64,000 bases of DNA, taken from Camelus dromedarius. Lineage: Eukaryota. Within the stretch, counting starts at the first letter, position 1, and each line of letters begins with the position of its first letter. Under the pieces are notes generated by a model. It made no database searches, was not told the origin of the DNA, and saw only the letters and a program-made list of their open reading frames with translations. Position numbers and translations under genes: made by a program. The stretch covers positions 75,642,001-75,706,000 of the forward strand of contig NC_087436.1 of the NCBI RefSeq assembly GCF_036321535.1, written 5' to 3'. This document shows, piece after piece, positions 13,491-26,135 of this stretch.

Positions 13491-13957
13491 GCAGAGTTTT
13501 CTACCTCTTTATTTTTCCTTCTGCATGTCACCCTAGAAGCAGCCATTAGAAATGGGAAATTAGCTTCTGTTCTAATGTATATGGGCTTCTATATATATGA
13601 GTTTTGGAAAAATGTGTGTGGAGGGGTAGGATGGATGAAAAAGAAAGGAGTAATTTTAAAAGGCCTAGTTCTTGCCATCCTAGAGGTTAAAAATCTAGGT
13701 TTTCCCCTATGACCCTTAAAGGGCAAATTTAAATGTCTTAGTCTTAAAACAGAAGACACTAGGATATAAGTTCAGTTGTAGTAACCAATATAATTTCTCT
13801 CCTTAGCTTTATTTTCAGCATCTATAAAGAAGGTGCAATCCTCCTTTTATAGATGTCTTTAGGTTTGGCTACCCTTGATCACCTGTTGACCATCACTCAC
13901 ACCTCCGACTTCTGTTGTACAGTTCCCTTCTCCTCTTGCTTTTTGCCTCCTTGACAG

Positions 13958-14185
13958 GCCAAGTCTGTCACATTCATGGTTGTGCAGCCCCCACGCCATG
14001 GCACCATCGAGCGAGCCACCAACGGGCTGCCCTTCCAGCCCAGCTCCACCTTCACCATGGAGGACGTCTACCAGAACCGAGTCCGCTACAGCCATGACGG
14101 CAGCAACTCTCTCAAAGACCGCTTCACCTTCACTGTTGCTGACGGGACAAATCACTTCTTTATTATTGAGGAAGGAGGAAAGAAG
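13958..14185 (+). CDS. FRAS1: FRAS1 exon 7 (228 nt), CSPG repeat
   Basis: ttgacag|GCC; AKSVTFMVVQPPRHGTIER...YSHDGSNSLKDRFTFTVADGTNHFFIIEEGGKK; donor AAG|gtgacg. Confidence 0.96.
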
Positions 14186-14282
14186 GTGACGGGCAAAGAC
14201 AAAGGGGTGGGAGGCACAGCAAGGCATGCCAGAGGCATGCCAGAGGCTGTCCAGATGCAGAACATGGCACTGATTTTTTGTC

Positions 14283-14697
14283 TTTTTTTAATTAAACTGT
14301 AGTTGATTTATAATATTGTGTTAGTTTCAGGTATACAGCTTCAGAGTCTTTTCCATTATAGGTAATTACAAGATATGGAATACAGTTTTCTGTGCTATAC
14401 AGTAAATCCTTGTTGTTTATTTTATATATAGTGTTGTGTATCTATTAGTCCCATACTCCTAATTTATCCCTCCCCAACCCCCGCTCCCCTATAAGTTTGT
14501 TTTCTATGTCTGTGAGTTTGTTTCTGTTTTGTAAGTTGATTTGTATTATTTTTTTTAGATTCCTCATATATCTGATATCATAATATTTGTATTTCTCTGC
14601 CTGACTTAATTCACTTGGTATGATAATCTCTAGATCCATCCATGTTCCTACAAATGGCAATATTTTATTCATTTTATGGCTGAGTAATATTCCATTT

Positions 14698-14728
<31 letters not shown>

Positions 14729-15450
14729 ATATATATACACATATATATACATATATACCACATCTTCTTTATCCAGCCATCTGTCAATGGACATTTATGT
14801 TGCTTCTGTGTCTTGGTTATTGTGAGTTAGTGCTGCTATGAACATTGGGGTGTGTTTATCTTTTTGAATTAGAATTTTTGTCTTTTCTGGATATACACCC
14901 AGGAGTGGGGTTGCTGGATCATGTGGTAATTCTATTTTTAGTTTTTTAAGGAACCTCCAGACTGCTTTACCAACAATGTAGGAGGGTTTCCTTTTTTCCA
15001 CAGCCTCTCCAGCATTTATTATTTGTAGACTTTTTGATGATGGCGATTCTGACCAGTGTGAGGTGAGACCTCGTTGTAGTTTTGATTTACATTTCTCTAA
15101 TAATTAGTGACATTGAGCATCTTTCAATGTGCCTGTTGGCCATCTGTATGTCTTCTTTGGAGAAATGTCTATTTAGGTCTTCTGCCCATTTTTTGATTGG
15201 GTTGCTTATTTTTTTTATTTTGAGTTGCATGAGCTGTATGTATATCTTGGAAATTAAGTCATTATCAGTTGCATGATTTGCAGATATTTTTTCTGTAGGT
15301 TGTAGGCTGTCTTTTCATTTTCTTTATGGTTTCCTTTGCTGTGCAAAAGCTTATAAGTTTAATTAGGTCCTATTTGTTTATTTTTGCTTTTATTCCTTTT
15401 GCCTTGGGATACTGTAGTAAGAAACTATTACTGCAATTTATGTCCAAGAA
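14283..15450 (-). mobile_element. L1 (artiodactyl-type) ORF2 C-terminus and 3' UTR, 5'-truncated
   Basis: Minus-strand ORFs resemble the L1 ORF2 end ([42 protein letters not shown]); polyT head; internal (GT)n(TA)n at about 14698-14757. Confidence 0.92.
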
Positions 15451-15504
15451 AGAGCAGGGCATTTTTAGGCCAAGGAAAACATTGTTTGAGTTTTTATTCT
15501 GTCG

Positions 15505-16010
15505 CATACTAATTGGCCTTGGGCAAATTGCTTAATTTCTTTAAGCCTCAGCTTTTTAGCTGTAAAATGGGCACAGTAACAACCACTGGCTTTAATTAGT
15601 CTAAGGATCAAAGGAGGTAATCCATATAAAGTCCTTAACAGTGATGATAATTATTGTTGTTATTACTGCTGTTATTTCTCTTTTCCTTTTCACTCACCTT
15701 TAATTTTTCTTTCTTCTGGGTTTTTTAATACTATCACATGGTTCTAGATTGTGTCCTGAGCCAGCCAGAGTTTCTCAGTCTCACGAAGAATTACAGTGGT
15801 TAAGAGTACAGCTTTTGCCTCCAAAAGACACTGATTTAAATTTTACCCCTGTCACTTACTGAGTGTCTTTGTCAATCATTTAACCCTTCTAAACCTCAGC
15901 TTCCCAATCTGTAAAGTGGGAATGATATCTACCCTTCTGAGGTACTCAAAGCACTTAGCCCAGTGCCTTACACAGGAAACACAGGAAACATCCGACAAAT
16001 TGTGGCTGTA
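15505..16010 (+). mobile_element. Two adjacent MIR SINEs
   Basis: CCTTGGGCAAATTGCTTAATTTCTTTAAGCCTCAG...TGTAAAATGGG and CAGTGGTTAAGAG...AAACCTCAGCTTCCCAATCTGTAAAGTGGG MIR cores. Confidence 0.75.
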
Positions 16011-17004
16011 ATCATCACCATTGTCATCATTTTAGGACCAGCTTATGAAACAGGTGAAGATGCTTTTCTCCTGAGGTCGTGCAGCTGTCAAGCTTCTCTT
16101 CCTTAAGAGAATTGCTCCCTTTTATATCCAGGTGTTAAAGAAACTTGTAGGATTTCCTTTCCACTATTTTAAATCATTTTTAGTAAGTTTTTTGCAGTAC
16201 CGTAACCCTCCCCTGGGAATTACTGCACCTCTGGTGAACAGAGGACCCACGGGCACCCCTACATGTCACACATCTGTCTGACTTGGCAGAGGCGGTTTTA
16301 GTGGGCAGCGTGCTCCCACCCTACTGTACACTTCCAGAATAACCAAATGGTCAGCTTCTCAGTCCTGCAGTGTTTTTCCTACCTTGATGATGAGTGATTC
16401 TTTTCCTGGCAGCAAGATCCTCCTGTACACTTTAGAAACAAACAGCCCATGAGAAGGTCATTCTCAGTTGGCCAAGGTGTCAGTGAGATGGCTCTTGGGA
16501 TTTCCCTGCCATCTCAGCGTCTGCATGGCATCACCACCTGGCAGGTCATCACATTCCTTTTCCCTCTCTGAAACCGTTCTCTGCTTTCTGATTAGTTTGA
16601 CTTTCAGAGGAGAAAAAAGATTTCAGGGTGAATCAGCAAGCTGGCCACCCCTCTGATAAACATAAAAGGTCACAGCAGGTCTCCAGAGGGACTGTGTTAT
16701 TTTGAAAATGGAAATTATCTAGAAGGAATGTTGTAGAAGGTTGAAAAGCCAACATCTTTCTGTGCTGTCTGCCAGCTTGTATCCACTCAGAAATGGGGAG
16801 ATCACATCAGACTCCCCGTGTTTGCTGTGAATATGTATGTGTGTGTGTATCTGTGTGAGAATGAAATTATAAACTGGAATTTCTTTGCATTATTCCCACA
16901 AACACTTTTATTCTGAATTTCTTCTGCCCTCTTCCCCATACAGACAGTTCTCTCTCTCTCTCAAAAAAAAAAAAAAGGAAATTAAAAAAAGAAACTGTCT
17001 GCCA

Positions 17005-17275
17005 GGGGGGAGGTGGGTAGAAAGGGAGAGAGACTGGGAGTTTGAGATTTGTAGATACTGACAGGTATTTATAGAATAGATGAACAAGTTTATACTGTAT
17101 AGCACAGGGAAATATATACAAAATCTTGTAGTAGCTCACAGTGAAAAAGAATATGAAAATGAATATATGTATATTCATGTATGACTGATAAATTGTTCTG
17201 TACACCAGAAATTGACACAACATTGTAAACTGGCCATAACTCAATAAAAAAAAATATTCACACACACACACACAC
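17005..17275 (+). mobile_element. Young L1 3' end (camelid-type) with polyA and (CA)n tail
   Basis: GGGAGTTTGAGATTTGTAGATACTGAC...GACACAACATTGTAAAC...AATAAAAAAAAA; direct repeat AAACTGTCT at 16992-17000 and 17276-17284. Confidence 0.88.
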
Positions 17276-17713
17276 AAACTGTCTTCCCATGAAGCGTCTG
17301 TTCACATCTGGAAGGATCCTACCTGGAGACTTTGACATTAACATTTTAATGATGAAAACCATGAAAATTTTAACAAGTGTTATTGAAAGGAAAATATTTT
17401 GTTTGTTGCTTCACCGCAGGGCAATACTGACCCCAACTAAAGAAGGGCAAGGTGTGCGACAACCAACCTCCACCGCTGGTGAAATCCCAGCGGGAGTGCC
17501 ACCTGCGTCTCGGTTTCTCCTGTACTGTTCCCTCTTGCTTAGTCAGCATTCTCCCTTAAGCCTCATGCCAAGTGGTGATAAGTGATGGAAACTTGCTCAG
17601 TTGCCCATTCTGATGCGTCAACAGATTTCAGAGGTTCCAGCTTTGTGGGTCCTAGACCTGACATAGCTCAGATATGTGTGCATGATGAGCTCTCTGTTTT
17701 GCTTTCATCACAG

Positions 17714-17827
17714 GTTATGACAGCAGCCCCTCAGCAGTTCCAGGTAGACGTCCTCCCAGTCGATGATGGTGCCCCGCGAATTGTTACCAACGTGGGGCTC
17801 CAATGGCTGGAGTATATGGATGGCAGG
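17714..17827 (+). CDS. FRAS1: FRAS1 exon 8 (114 nt)
   Basis: cacag|GTT; VMTAAPQQFQVDVLPVDDGAPRIVTNVGLQWLEYMDGR; donor AGG|gtaagg. Confidence 0.96.
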
Positions 17828-17979
17828 GTAAGGCCCTTCCATCTGCCACAGTCACCACTCACGACTTGGGCTGTATCCTGTCTATAACAGTAGGACTAGG
17901 ACTCCAGTTCAGTTCATGTTTATCCCTCTCTAAGTGAGCTGATTTCCTAAGATTGCTGAGCTCCATGAGTTTGGTTAGA

Positions 17980-18430
17980 ATTGTGTTATAGTTTAAGATA
18001 TTCTTACAAAGGGATGCCCCACATATACTAACTCAAACAAGATAGAAGTGTTTTTCCCTCATATTTAAAGGGTGGAAGCAAGTGGGAGTCTAGGGCTCCA
18101 CGTGACCATTCAAAGATGCAGATTTCTTCTGTCTATTCTTCTGCCATCACTGGGTTGGTGCCGTTCACAGCAGAGCAAAAACTCTTCAGCTATTCATCAA
18201 TATTCCAGCCCTTGGGAGGAGGAAAACAGAGAAGTGGAGGGCAAGGAACTTCATTTCAAGCGAGTGATACAGAATTTAAACGTGACACTTGCATTCATAT
18301 TCTTTGGGAAAGAAATTGGTCATCTGGCCCCATCCGTTGCTTGGAAGTCTCTAGCTGGGCAGCAAGGGGCTCCACTGAAAGGTTGTTAACTAGAAGAGGA
18401 GGATGGATTTGGGGAAACATCTGGAATTTG
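17980..18430. mobile_element. Old MaLR LTR (MLT1K-like), approximate bounds
   Basis: AACAAGATAGAAGTGTTTTTCCCTCA...CACTTGCATTCATATTC...TGGTCATCTGGCC motifs. Confidence 0.5.
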
Positions 18431-19556
18431 CCATAGATGGAAAGGAAGTGAGTTTTTTTGGTAGGTGAGTGTCCTCAGAGGAATTCTAGAAATTTAGAAA
18501 TTTCTTTCTCCTTTTTCTAACTTCCAATTTGGTTGTGTTAAGATAGACTGTAATTCTCACCTGCTAACATGTCAAGCATTAAATCCCCATCTCCACCCAG
18601 ACACTCATAGTTCTTCATTTCAGTTTGGGAACTGATTTCTTACTTTTGTTTGTGCTATTTCCTCCAGGTTGTGGATTTTCTCATCTCTGTGGAGCTGGTT
18701 GGTTGGTTGTATATGTAGCAATGGTGTGACATAGATTTCCACTAAACTCGTTGGGAGTTTCTAAATGTATGAAACAAAATTAGTACAGCTTCCTCTCATG
18801 ACCTAGTTGATATTTTTCTCCATCCTCAGAACCAAGCCATTCTCTTCTTGACGCTCTCCAACTGGTGTTCCACCTCCCACCCTTACCCTGCCACAGTGAC
18901 TCTGATCAAAGTCACCAGTGACCTCGATTTCACCAAAGCCAAAGATCACTTACATGCCCTTATTTTACTAGCTCTAGTAACATTTAATACTGTTGACCAT
19001 GCATTCTTTTCTCTCAAACCTTTGCTCTCACTAAATACTTGTTGGGTGAATAAATGAGTGAATTAAAAGTTAGTCACTACATCTGGGCAATATTGGGATA
19101 TCATGTATTTACCTGACTCAGTTCCAAGCATTGTAATCGACTCCTGTAAGGTATAAAGTGGCCATCTCCCCTGTATTGTATCATTCTTTCAAAGTCCCAA
19201 CCTTCTTTCAAGGCCAAACTCAAATCCCACCATATCAAATCCTCCCTCCCGCAGTCGGAATGGAATGAATCACTCCTGCTCCCCAAAGTGTGTACCACTC
19301 TTTCTGTATCTCCCATCATAGCTCTTGCCACAGTTACTTTGCTCATGAGCTTTTCTTTCCCAGTAGAGTGTGAACACATCTAGGGCAGAGGCTGGGATGG
19401 TTTCCATCCTTAGGCCCTCTTCAATCCTGACAAAGTTTTCCAGGCAGTAAATGCACTCAGTAAATCATTGTCGAACTGAATTAAATCTGAGTCAGAGGGT
19501 CTTGTTCCCACTTTATTCCCATCTCAGGAATTAAATTTAATGGGTTTCTATTCCAG

Positions 19557-19707
19557 GCAACCAACTTGATCACCAAGAAGGAACTGCTGACCATGGACCC
19601 GGACACGGAGAACCCACAGCTGGTCTATGAGATAACTGCAGGCCCCAAGCATGGCCACGTGGAGAACAAGCTGCAGCCTGGCAGAGTGGCTGTGACCTTC
19701 ACGCAGG
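19557..19707 (+). CDS. FRAS1: FRAS1 exon 9 (151 nt), last CSPG repeat
   Basis: ttccag|GCA; ATNLITKKELLTMDPDTENPQLVYEITAGPKHGHVENKLQPGRVAVTFTQ; donor CAGG|gtgggc; not in ORF track. Confidence 0.95.
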
Positions 19708-20338
19708 GTGGGCGCTTGGGGCACTGAGAAGTGGGAGGAGTCTATTCTAACGCCACTCTCCCTCCTTCCTGGTCTTTCTCACAACCACTGCCAGCTACAT
19801 GCCCCCAACTAACCTATTTACCAACAAACAGATCTTTTAATTTCTAGCCACTCAACTTTAGAATTTTACTTCTCCTGATTTTTTTCCCTATTACTCTGAA
19901 TTATGAACCCCCCCCAAATTTATCTTTACCATGCTTCCTCAGCTTCCAAATTGCTTTAGGTTTTGGCCAACTTTTCAAGAAAGGATCGCATGATACTCTT
20001 GGCTTTTCTTTAAAAATGAAAACAACCACCAGACTTTATGAAAGATCTGTGATCCTGTGTGGTTTATTTTTTTTCTCTAAGGGTTATGGACTTTTTTTAA
20101 GTCTTCAGCAAAAGAAAAACTCAACACAAGTAGATTACTCAGCAGAAATAGTATCTTGTTTTAAATTGCCTCAAGCCAACCATCTTAGTTTCTTACAAGC
20201 TTGTCAGAGTCTTCTAGACTTCTTTGGAGGATGGACCTGATTGGGAGCAGTCACGGCACAGCTGCATCTTACAGTTCATGTGCCATGTTTCCTTTTTCTC
20301 CCTGTCCTCAATCTGGTGTTCTCTCCTAGCCCCATTTT

Positions 20339-20800
20339 TAAAAGCAAAAATTTTTTTATTGAAATACAGTTAATTATAATGTGTCGGTTTCTGGTGTATA
20401 GCACAATGTCCCAGTCATGCATATACATACATATATTCATTTTCATATTTTTCCATTAAAGGTTATTACAAGATATTGAGCATAGTTCCCTGTGCTACAC
20501 AAAAGAAACTTTTTAAAACCTATTTTTACATATAGTGGCTAACATTTGTAAATATCAAACCCCCAAATTTACCCCCTCCCACTCCTTTTCCCTGGTAACC
20601 ATAAGATTGTTTACTACGTCTAAGAGACTGTTTCTGTTTTGTAGATGAGTTCACAGTGTCTTTTTTTTTTTTTTTTTGGATTCCACATATTAGTGATATC
20701 ATATGGTATTTTTCTTTCTCTTTCTGGCTTACTTCACTTAGAATGACAATCTCTAGGTCCATCCATATTGCTGCAAATGGCATTATTTTGTTCTTTTTTA
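20339..20800 (-). mobile_element. 5'-truncated L1 with perfect 15-bp target-site duplication
   Basis: TCCTAGCCCCATTTT at 20324-20338 and 20801-20815; minus ORF MPFAAIWMDLEIVILSEVSQKEKEKYHMISLICGI is the L1 ORF2 end. Confidence 0.93.
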
Positions 20801-21277
20801 TCCTAGCCCCATTTTATCTGTGTCTTGGGTAAGGGCTGTTTTATCCAATCCCAGCTTTTCTTAGTAGCACATACCTTCCAAAGAACCTTTATTTAGAAGG
20901 AAGTAGGGGCAGGTATGAGCATATATATGCACAGCAGTTGGGGTCAAAGACTTTTTCTCTACCAGCTCTAAGATTTGCCTTTAACATTCCACAGACATTT
21001 ATTAAAGTGCTTTTTTGCCAAGATCCTGGGATTCTCATTTCACAACAGCATCTGGGTACTTCCTATACATAAAAACAGATCTTTTGTTACACAGAAGTAC
21101 CGGATCTTATTTGAAAATCTGGCAGAAACATTTCTTTTTATGACTACTAACCTTTGTGTTCTTAGGAAAATGAGTTTTGTCTGTAGCCCATGAGAAGAAT
21201 AAACTGGATGTGTCGGTAGGAATCTATGAGGCTGCCTTTACATCCCCAGGTTAATTCAGTGTCTCTTTTTCCTTCAG

Positions 21278-21437
21278 AGGACGTGAACTTGGGGTTGATT
21301 CGTTACGTGCTGCATGAGGAGAAAAGCCATGAGATGATGGATAATTTTCAGTTTCTGGTGAAAGACAGCAAACCCAATGTGGTCGGCGACAATATCTTCC
21401 ATATCCAGTGGTCCCTCATCAGCTTTAAACATACCAG
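21278..21437 (+). CDS. FRAS1: FRAS1 exon 10 (160 nt)
   Basis: ccttcag|AG; EDVNLGLIRYVLHEEKSHEMMDNFQFLVKDSKPNVVGDNIFHIQWSLISFKHT; donor CCAG|gtacaa, phase 2. Confidence 0.96.
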
Positions 21438-21559
21438 GTACAAGTGCTACTGGTGTTCCTTCTTGAGAAATGAATGAGTCAGGCAAGCAGGGGGAGTCAG
21501 GACGGAGCTCTCTGGGGGTCAGCACTAATCATCTGGCGATGATGGCAGTGGTAACAGTA

Positions 21560-21800
21560 ATAAAAGTAACAATTACACCAAGCATCTCTTGACTCTTCCT
21601 AGTGCGTGTAACCAGGCACTGCACTAGGCGCTTGACGCACGTCATCTTGTTTAACACTTGCAGCTGTGAGATGGGACCCGTTGTTGCCGCCACAACAACA
21701 AAGCGATAGAGACAGAAAGAGATTCAGTAACTTAGTGGAAGTCACATAGCTAAAAAGCAGTAAAACCAGGATTCAAGCCCAGTGGTCTTACCCATTGTGC
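21560..21800 (-). mobile_element. MIR SINE; similar MIRs at about 9290(+), 24540(-), 27520(-), 32370(+), 33420(-), 35540(-), 40575(-), 45450(+), 50085(+), 53310(+), 63510(-)
   Basis: CCAGGCACTGCACTAGGCGCTT...AGTAACTT...AAGTCACATAGCTA...CCAGGATTCAAGCCCAG. Confidence 0.7.
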
Positions 21801-22684
21801 TTTGCTGCTTCTCCTGCAAGTATTTTTGCTTCTGTCTTTAAGTTTAAAAGATAATCCAGCAGAACCAATGGGGAAAACACATGCATTCAGTTTCTAAAAA
21901 TAGTCCCTGGCCCACAATAATGACGTCTTCACCTTCTGTCTACACTCTCCCTGTTCTCAAGCTCAGATCCTCCCCCTGGCTCCTTTGGTCTTCACAGAAT
22001 CACGTATCTTTTGTGACAGACTCATAGCTTAATGTAGTCAGCTCTTCAGGATGCTTTTGTAGTCTGTGGGGGAGTTCAGGAGGCAGAGAGGCGCCAATCG
22101 GTAAAGCACAGTGCTGATTTTATAGATTAAATTATAACTAGGATTATGAATTTTGTGGGGGAAATAATTCTTTAGGTCTACGTTTCAGAGACTTACTCTT
22201 CAGTGAAAACAACTTCATAATTCAGATGAAAATTGCAATTTGGGGGGAAAAAGGATACCAGGCAAACTTGACTTCATGTGCCCCGGATGTAGGCCATTCT
22301 ACTCTTCGCACACTTGGAGGACCCACTAACCTATTCTAATTACTTAACCACACTTAGAAGAGATTGCTGGTCGTTTCCCTGTGTTCTGAATTATGGAGTG
22401 CACAGCTCCTGTGTGCTGTCCATCTTCTGAATGACTTTCAACTCTGTCTGAAAATGGGGCAGATATCATTCTGCATCCACAGTTTCCTTGGTCACCTGGT
22501 TCTGGGCCTGCCCCAGGTGAACACATCCCCTCAATGTACACAACCTGACATCTTAAAGGAACCAAATTACCTCTTCTCTGAACTGTCTGACACCAATAAC
22601 CAACCAGAAGAGACAGGCATTAAACACATGGATTCTTCACAGCCCTGTCAGAATGTCAGAGACTGCCTTTTTATGTGCTTCCAG

Positions 22685-22853
22685 CTACAATGTCAGTGAG
22701 AAAGCGGGATCAGTCAGCGTCACCGTGCAGAGGACCGGGAACCTAAACCAGTATGCCATCGTCCTGTGCCGCACGGAGCCGGGCACCGCCAGCTCCGGCT
22801 CCAGGCTCAGCTCCCGGCCTGGGCAACAGGACTACGTGGAGTATGCTGGCCAG
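22685..22853 (+). CDS. FRAS1: FRAS1 exon 11 (169 nt), Calx-beta 1
   Basis: ttccag|C; YNVSEKAGSVSVTVQRTGNLNQYAIVLCRTEPGTA...QQDYVEYAGQ; donor CAG|gtaggt. Confidence 0.96.
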
Positions 22854-23529
22854 GTAGGTGGGCACAGGGGCCTCTGCTTCCTGAAGCTCCCAGTGGGCCC
22901 CAGCCAGGGCTGGGACATGCTTGTCGGTGACTGTGACACCTTTGCATTTCTTTACTCCACCACCCTATCCATTGGCACCCTTCCTCCAGTAATTGTTCTG
23001 TGTCACCTTCCCACAGTGCTTTGCTCTTCACGGTCTGTCTAATCTCCACTGAAGTTTGAACTGCTGTCGAGCTTCTAGCTTCTTGGTCTTTACATTTTGC
23101 CTCAGGACCAAGAAAAGTCTCCAGGGCAGCATGTTGACTGCTCAGCCTTTGGTACCCTGACCCTTCCTCCCCCTTCCCTCTACCTGAAGGGAGGGGAGGG
23201 AGTAGGAGACCAGCTGGGAAGCTCTGGGAACAGGCTGGGTGAGAGGTGATGGGAGCTTGAGCTTCGTTTATAATGTGACGGTGGAGACAAGTGGGTGGAT
23301 TCAACAGATGATGAGAACTGATAGGATGCAGCCGTGGAGTATAGAGCAGGGCAGAAAGGAGGGATGGGTGGTGATGCCCCTCACCGGGAAAGGACACCAA
23401 AGAGAAGCAGGTTTGTCGAGGGGGTGACCTTGACACTGCTTTGGATGTGTTGAGTGTGAGTTGCTTTAGAGACAATCAGTGGACAGTCCTATGAGTTGGT
23501 AGGAGTGCAGAGAGGGGTCCTGGGGTAGA

Positions 23530-23596
23530 TACACACACACACACACACACACACGTACACACACACGTACGCATACACACATGTACACACATATAC
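23530..23596. repeat. Imperfect (CA)n microsatellite
   Basis: Direct reading: TACACACACACACACACACACACACGTACACACACACGTACGCATACACAC. Confidence 0.9.
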
Positions 23597-25111
23597 ATTT
23601 GTACCTCTCTATGGTACAACAATGGTAATTAGCACCAGGGTGTAAATGAAAAATAAAAGTGAAAGCAAAAGGGAAAGGAGGACATAAGTAGAAAGCGCCC
23701 TTGTGGCAGGATGCCCTATGTGTGTCATCTTTTATGTAGGACATAATCCCTGGCACTTACTAGGTATTTATTAAATGTTTTAAACTCAAAGTAGTTTCAT
23801 TATTCTTACAACATCATAAATCTCTGTAAAGAGAAGTAGGCTCTCTCTTTGAGGCATTTCAGCTGGACCAAGTCTTCTTGTGACAAATTTAAATAAGGAA
23901 TTAGAGAAGATCAGATAAGCTAAGAAATCTTTCAGCAAAATAAGAAGAAAGAGCTTGTACTTGTGTTTTTCAGGGAAAAACAAAGGCAGTGTGTCCTAGA
24001 CCTAAATGGAGACCTATGAGTGTTTCATTTAGTTGGGAGCATCTTAAAATAGGGAGCTTAATTAAACTTACTTTGATTAATTGATTAGATGTGGAATCAT
24101 AATTTTCTGTTGATGGAAATTATGGGTTTTTCAGATTTGTGTGTCCCCAGAGGTTTGGGACCCCTTGTACAGGTTTTAGCTGTCTCTGTTTAAACGAAGT
24201 GCAGTCCGGGCCCACTGCCTGCCTTTTCAGTTTGGGCAAACCTGAAGCCCTGGTTCCATATGAGGGTTTTGTCCTCATTTTTTTAAGACAAAGTAAAACT
24301 AGAATAAATCCCTGTAAGTTCACAATTGTATGCATATAAGTTAATTTCTCTATTTTGTACCAGGCTAAATTAATTCACATTATAGATCTAGCCATCTTAA
24401 TGGCTTAAAGGATTTAGTCAAATAGAAAGGCAAAATTCAGTCTAGCTTGTTCGTAATGTAACTTTCTCTGAATTCAAATGCCATTATTCAGTACACTGAG
24501 ATCCTATGTCAGTTTTGATTGTACCAGTAATACGGTGATGGTAATGAGGATAATGTCTTATTATCCTTATTTGCTCGGTGCTTTGAAATATGCTTAGTGC
24601 CTTCACTACCCATTGTCTGCTTTACTCCTCCCAGTAAGTGTGAAATAGGAGTATTATTATTGTTCTGTAGCTGATGAGGAATCTGATGTGTGTGAAGTCT
24701 CGTAGCCTAACCCAGCTTGGAAGAGGACCAGGACTTGAGGCCAGAACTTCACACTCCAAGTTCAAAGATAAATAAATATCACAAATATAAGGGGAGCTGA
24801 GCAATCAAAGGGCTCTGGCTGTCCTAAGTGCGTTAATAGGACAGGATATGAATAGTTACCTACACGTTTTCTACAGTCACGCATGGTGGGAGCCGCCTTG
24901 CCTTCCGTGTCCCTACACAGTAAATGAGCCCCAGTGTACAGATGGGGAATGGGAAGAGGTGATAACAGCAGGAAGGCTGGGCGAGAGGACCCAGCGATTT
25001 CATCCAGTGCTCTGCCCCGGACTTGGCTGCTCTTTTCCCGCGATGCTCTAGGGGAGCGGAGCCGGGGACTCTGAGGCACAGCTGAACTCCTTGTCGGTTC
25101 CTTTGTGGCAG

Positions 25112-25358
25112 GTGCAGTTTGATGAGCGAGAGGACACCAAGTCCTGCACCATTGTCATCAATGATGACGACGTGTTTGAGAACGTCGAGAGTTTCACCGT
25201 GGAGCTCAGCATGCCAGCGTACGCCCTGTTAGGGGAGCTCACCCAGGCGAAGGTCATTATCAATGACACTGAGGACGAGCCCACATTAGAGTTTGATAAG
25301 AAGACCTACCGGGTCAACGAGAGCGCTGGCTTTCTCTTTGCACCTATTGAAAGAAAAG
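25112..25358 (+). CDS. FRAS1: FRAS1 exon 12 (247 nt), Calx-beta 1/2
   Basis: ggcag|GTG; VQFDEREDTKSCTIVINDDDVFENVESFTVELS...FAPIERK-G; donor AAAG|gtctgt. Confidence 0.97.
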
Positions 25359-26106
25359 GTCTGTTGGTACCAAAGGTGACAAGGAGCTATCGTAATAGCT
25401 AACATTTATTGATTCCCTTTTATGTGCCACGTGCTCATGTACCATATTAACTCCTGTGTAAGTACTTTAGGTTCATTAAAAATGTGCATCTAAATCCCTA
25501 GAATCCCCAATAACCATCCTACCTATAGTTAGTACTATCAGAAGGCTTCTTTTCTTAGTTCAAGTTGTTATCACTCCTATTTTTTCTTTAATGGACCCAG
25601 AAGACTGATTATATTTGGCCTTGCTAATGACTCATGAACTCGGAATTCTTAGTCAATCACCCAATTCATAGAACATTTAGTAGCCTTTAGTGGTCCAGGA
25701 GGGTAGTTACAGTTTGTAAGAACTGACTTCTTGTCTTAGTTCTTGGAAGACAGAAAATGTGCTTAAAGATTTCCGCATATGAATGTCACAGTTAGAGCTC
25801 AGATGAGAAATAAACTGTGTGTGAGAAGTAAACACGTGGAAATTAAATCCCCATTCAAAGCCACAACCTGACTGTAAGTGATGATGTCAGATACTTTGTT
25901 GCATCTGCTGACCAGGTGTCAGTGCAGCAAACCCTGCAGAGAGCGCCAGCCCAGGGCAATGCAGCACGGAGAACAAGCAAGCCCCGTGACTGCTCAGGGC
26001 CGGCCAGCCGAGCCCAGGCAGGCTGTCACCCAGGGAAGTGGCAGCACTAATGAGTACAGTCATTTGTACAGAGAGGCAGCTTTTATTTTATTTGGTATTT
26101 CCTTTA

Positions 26107-26135
26107 AAAACAAACAAACAAACAAACAAACAAAT
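26107..26135. repeat. (AAAC)n microsatellite
   Basis: AAAACAAACAAACAAACAAACAAACAAA. Confidence 0.9.

Noticed and set aside
22790..22820. Possible lineage-specific insertion SSGSRLSSRP in Calx-beta 1
   Set aside because: The 169-nt exon length fits the recalled human exon-boundary spacing, so there is no evidence of an indel
22807..23475. Longest ORF in the track (222 aa, minus strand)
   Set aside because: Low-information Ser/Pro/Leu-rich translation across intronic and L2-like sequence, non-ATG start, no homology recognised
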